NCBI RefSeq assembly: GCF_036971445.1
Contig: NC_091473.1
Coordinates: 211,048,001 to 211,112,000, forward strand
Source: Narcine bancroftii
Taxonomy: Eukaryota
Direction of reading: 5' to 3'
DNA: 64,000 nt
Numbering within the stretch: the first letter of the stretch is position 1; every line of letters begins with the position of its first letter. Position numbers and translations under genes: made by a program. The notes beneath the pieces were generated by a model, which was not told where the DNA came from, searched no databases, and saw only the letters and a program-made list of their open reading frames with translations. Positions 63,237 to 64,000 of the stretch are shown here, piece after piece.

Positions 63237-63820
63237 ACTCACCTACGGCTCCTAGAACGCTTCCACCAGCGTTGTCTCCGCTCCATCCTCAACATTCATT
63301 GGAGCGCCTTCATCCCTAACGTCGAAGTACTCAAGATGGCAGAGGCCGACAGCATCGAGTCCATGCTGCTGAAGATCCAGCTGCGCTGGGTGGGTCACGT
63401 CTCCAGAATGGAGGACCATCGCCTTCCCAAGATCATGCTATTTGGCGAGCTCTTCACTGGCCACCGTGACAGAGGTGCACCAAAGAAGAGGTACAAGGAC
63501 TGCCTAAAGAAATCTCTTGGTGCCTGCCACATTGACCACCGCCAGTGGGCTGATATCACCTCAAACCGTGCATCTTGGCGCCTCACAGTTCGGCGGGCAG
63601 CAACCTCCTTTGAAGAAGACCGCAGAGCCCACCTCACTGACAAAAGACAAAGGAGGAAATACCCAACTCCCAACCCCAACCAACCAATTTTCCCCTGCAA
63701 CCACTGCAACCGTGTCTGCCTGTCCCGCATCGGGCTTGTCAGCCACAAACGAGCCTGCAGCTGACGTGGACATTTACCCCCTCCATAAATCTTCGTCCGC
63801 GAAGCCAAGCCAAAGAAAAG
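63237..63820 (+). mobile_element. RTE 3' fragment inserted in the end of the ERV-C 5' LTR
   Basis: ORF 63336..63764 is the RTE C-terminus. TSD ACTCATT at 63230-63236 and 63821-63827. Confidence 0.9.
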
Positions 63821-64000
63821 ACTCATTTCTCACAACATTGATGAATGGGGTTTTCCCTCCAGCTCTACCTCTGTATTCTTATAATCTCCAGTCAGCCTGC
63901 TGCAACTTTTCATGGGATTTTTTCATCATAACTGCATGATCTTCTGGGTCACTACCCCTTTGTACTTGCTGGGCTGACTGGTATGGACAGACCCTGTCTG

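Larger units (their letters stand above)
52456..63834 (-). mobile_element. ERV-C: defective class I HERV-I-like provirus with nested insertions
   Basis: LTRs at 52456-53006 and 62698-63834 (the latter split by an RTE), with TGTGAGA...TCTCACA ends. TSD ACAT at 52452-52455 and 63835-63838. PBS TGGGGACTCGTCCGGGAT at 62678-62695 (tRNA-Pro, 1 mismatch). PPT at 53007-53023. Confidence 0.92.

Overview
This is vertebrate genomic DNA, most likely from a cartilaginous fish (shark or ray). That host call is an inference from the mix of L1/Tx1, RTE, Rex1/Babar, CR1 and Penelope-like repeats together with KRAB-less zinc-finger genes. The window is a tandem/inverted cluster of single-coding-exon C2H2 zinc-finger genes: three open genes (681-1553 -, 34362-35537 +, 50068-51405 +) and one pseudogene (about 23.1-23.6 kb -). 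All four share a splice acceptor just upstream of the ATG and a conserved N-terminal module with atypical C-x2-C-x12-H-x-C fingers. The intergenic space is mostly nested transposable elements. These include two class III (HERV-S/ERV-L-like) proviruses with tRNA-Ser PBS (6105-11901 -, 56743-60484 +), a HERV-I-like class I provirus with tRNA-Pro PBS (52456-63834 -) that hosts three younger insertions, three Ty3/Gypsy remnants, several L1/Tx1, RTE, Rex1/Babar, CR1 and Penelope-like fragments, and a 27-bp minisatellite inside a putative hAT-like element. No RNA genes or CRISPR arrays were found. All family assignments are from motif recognition by eye, not database searches.
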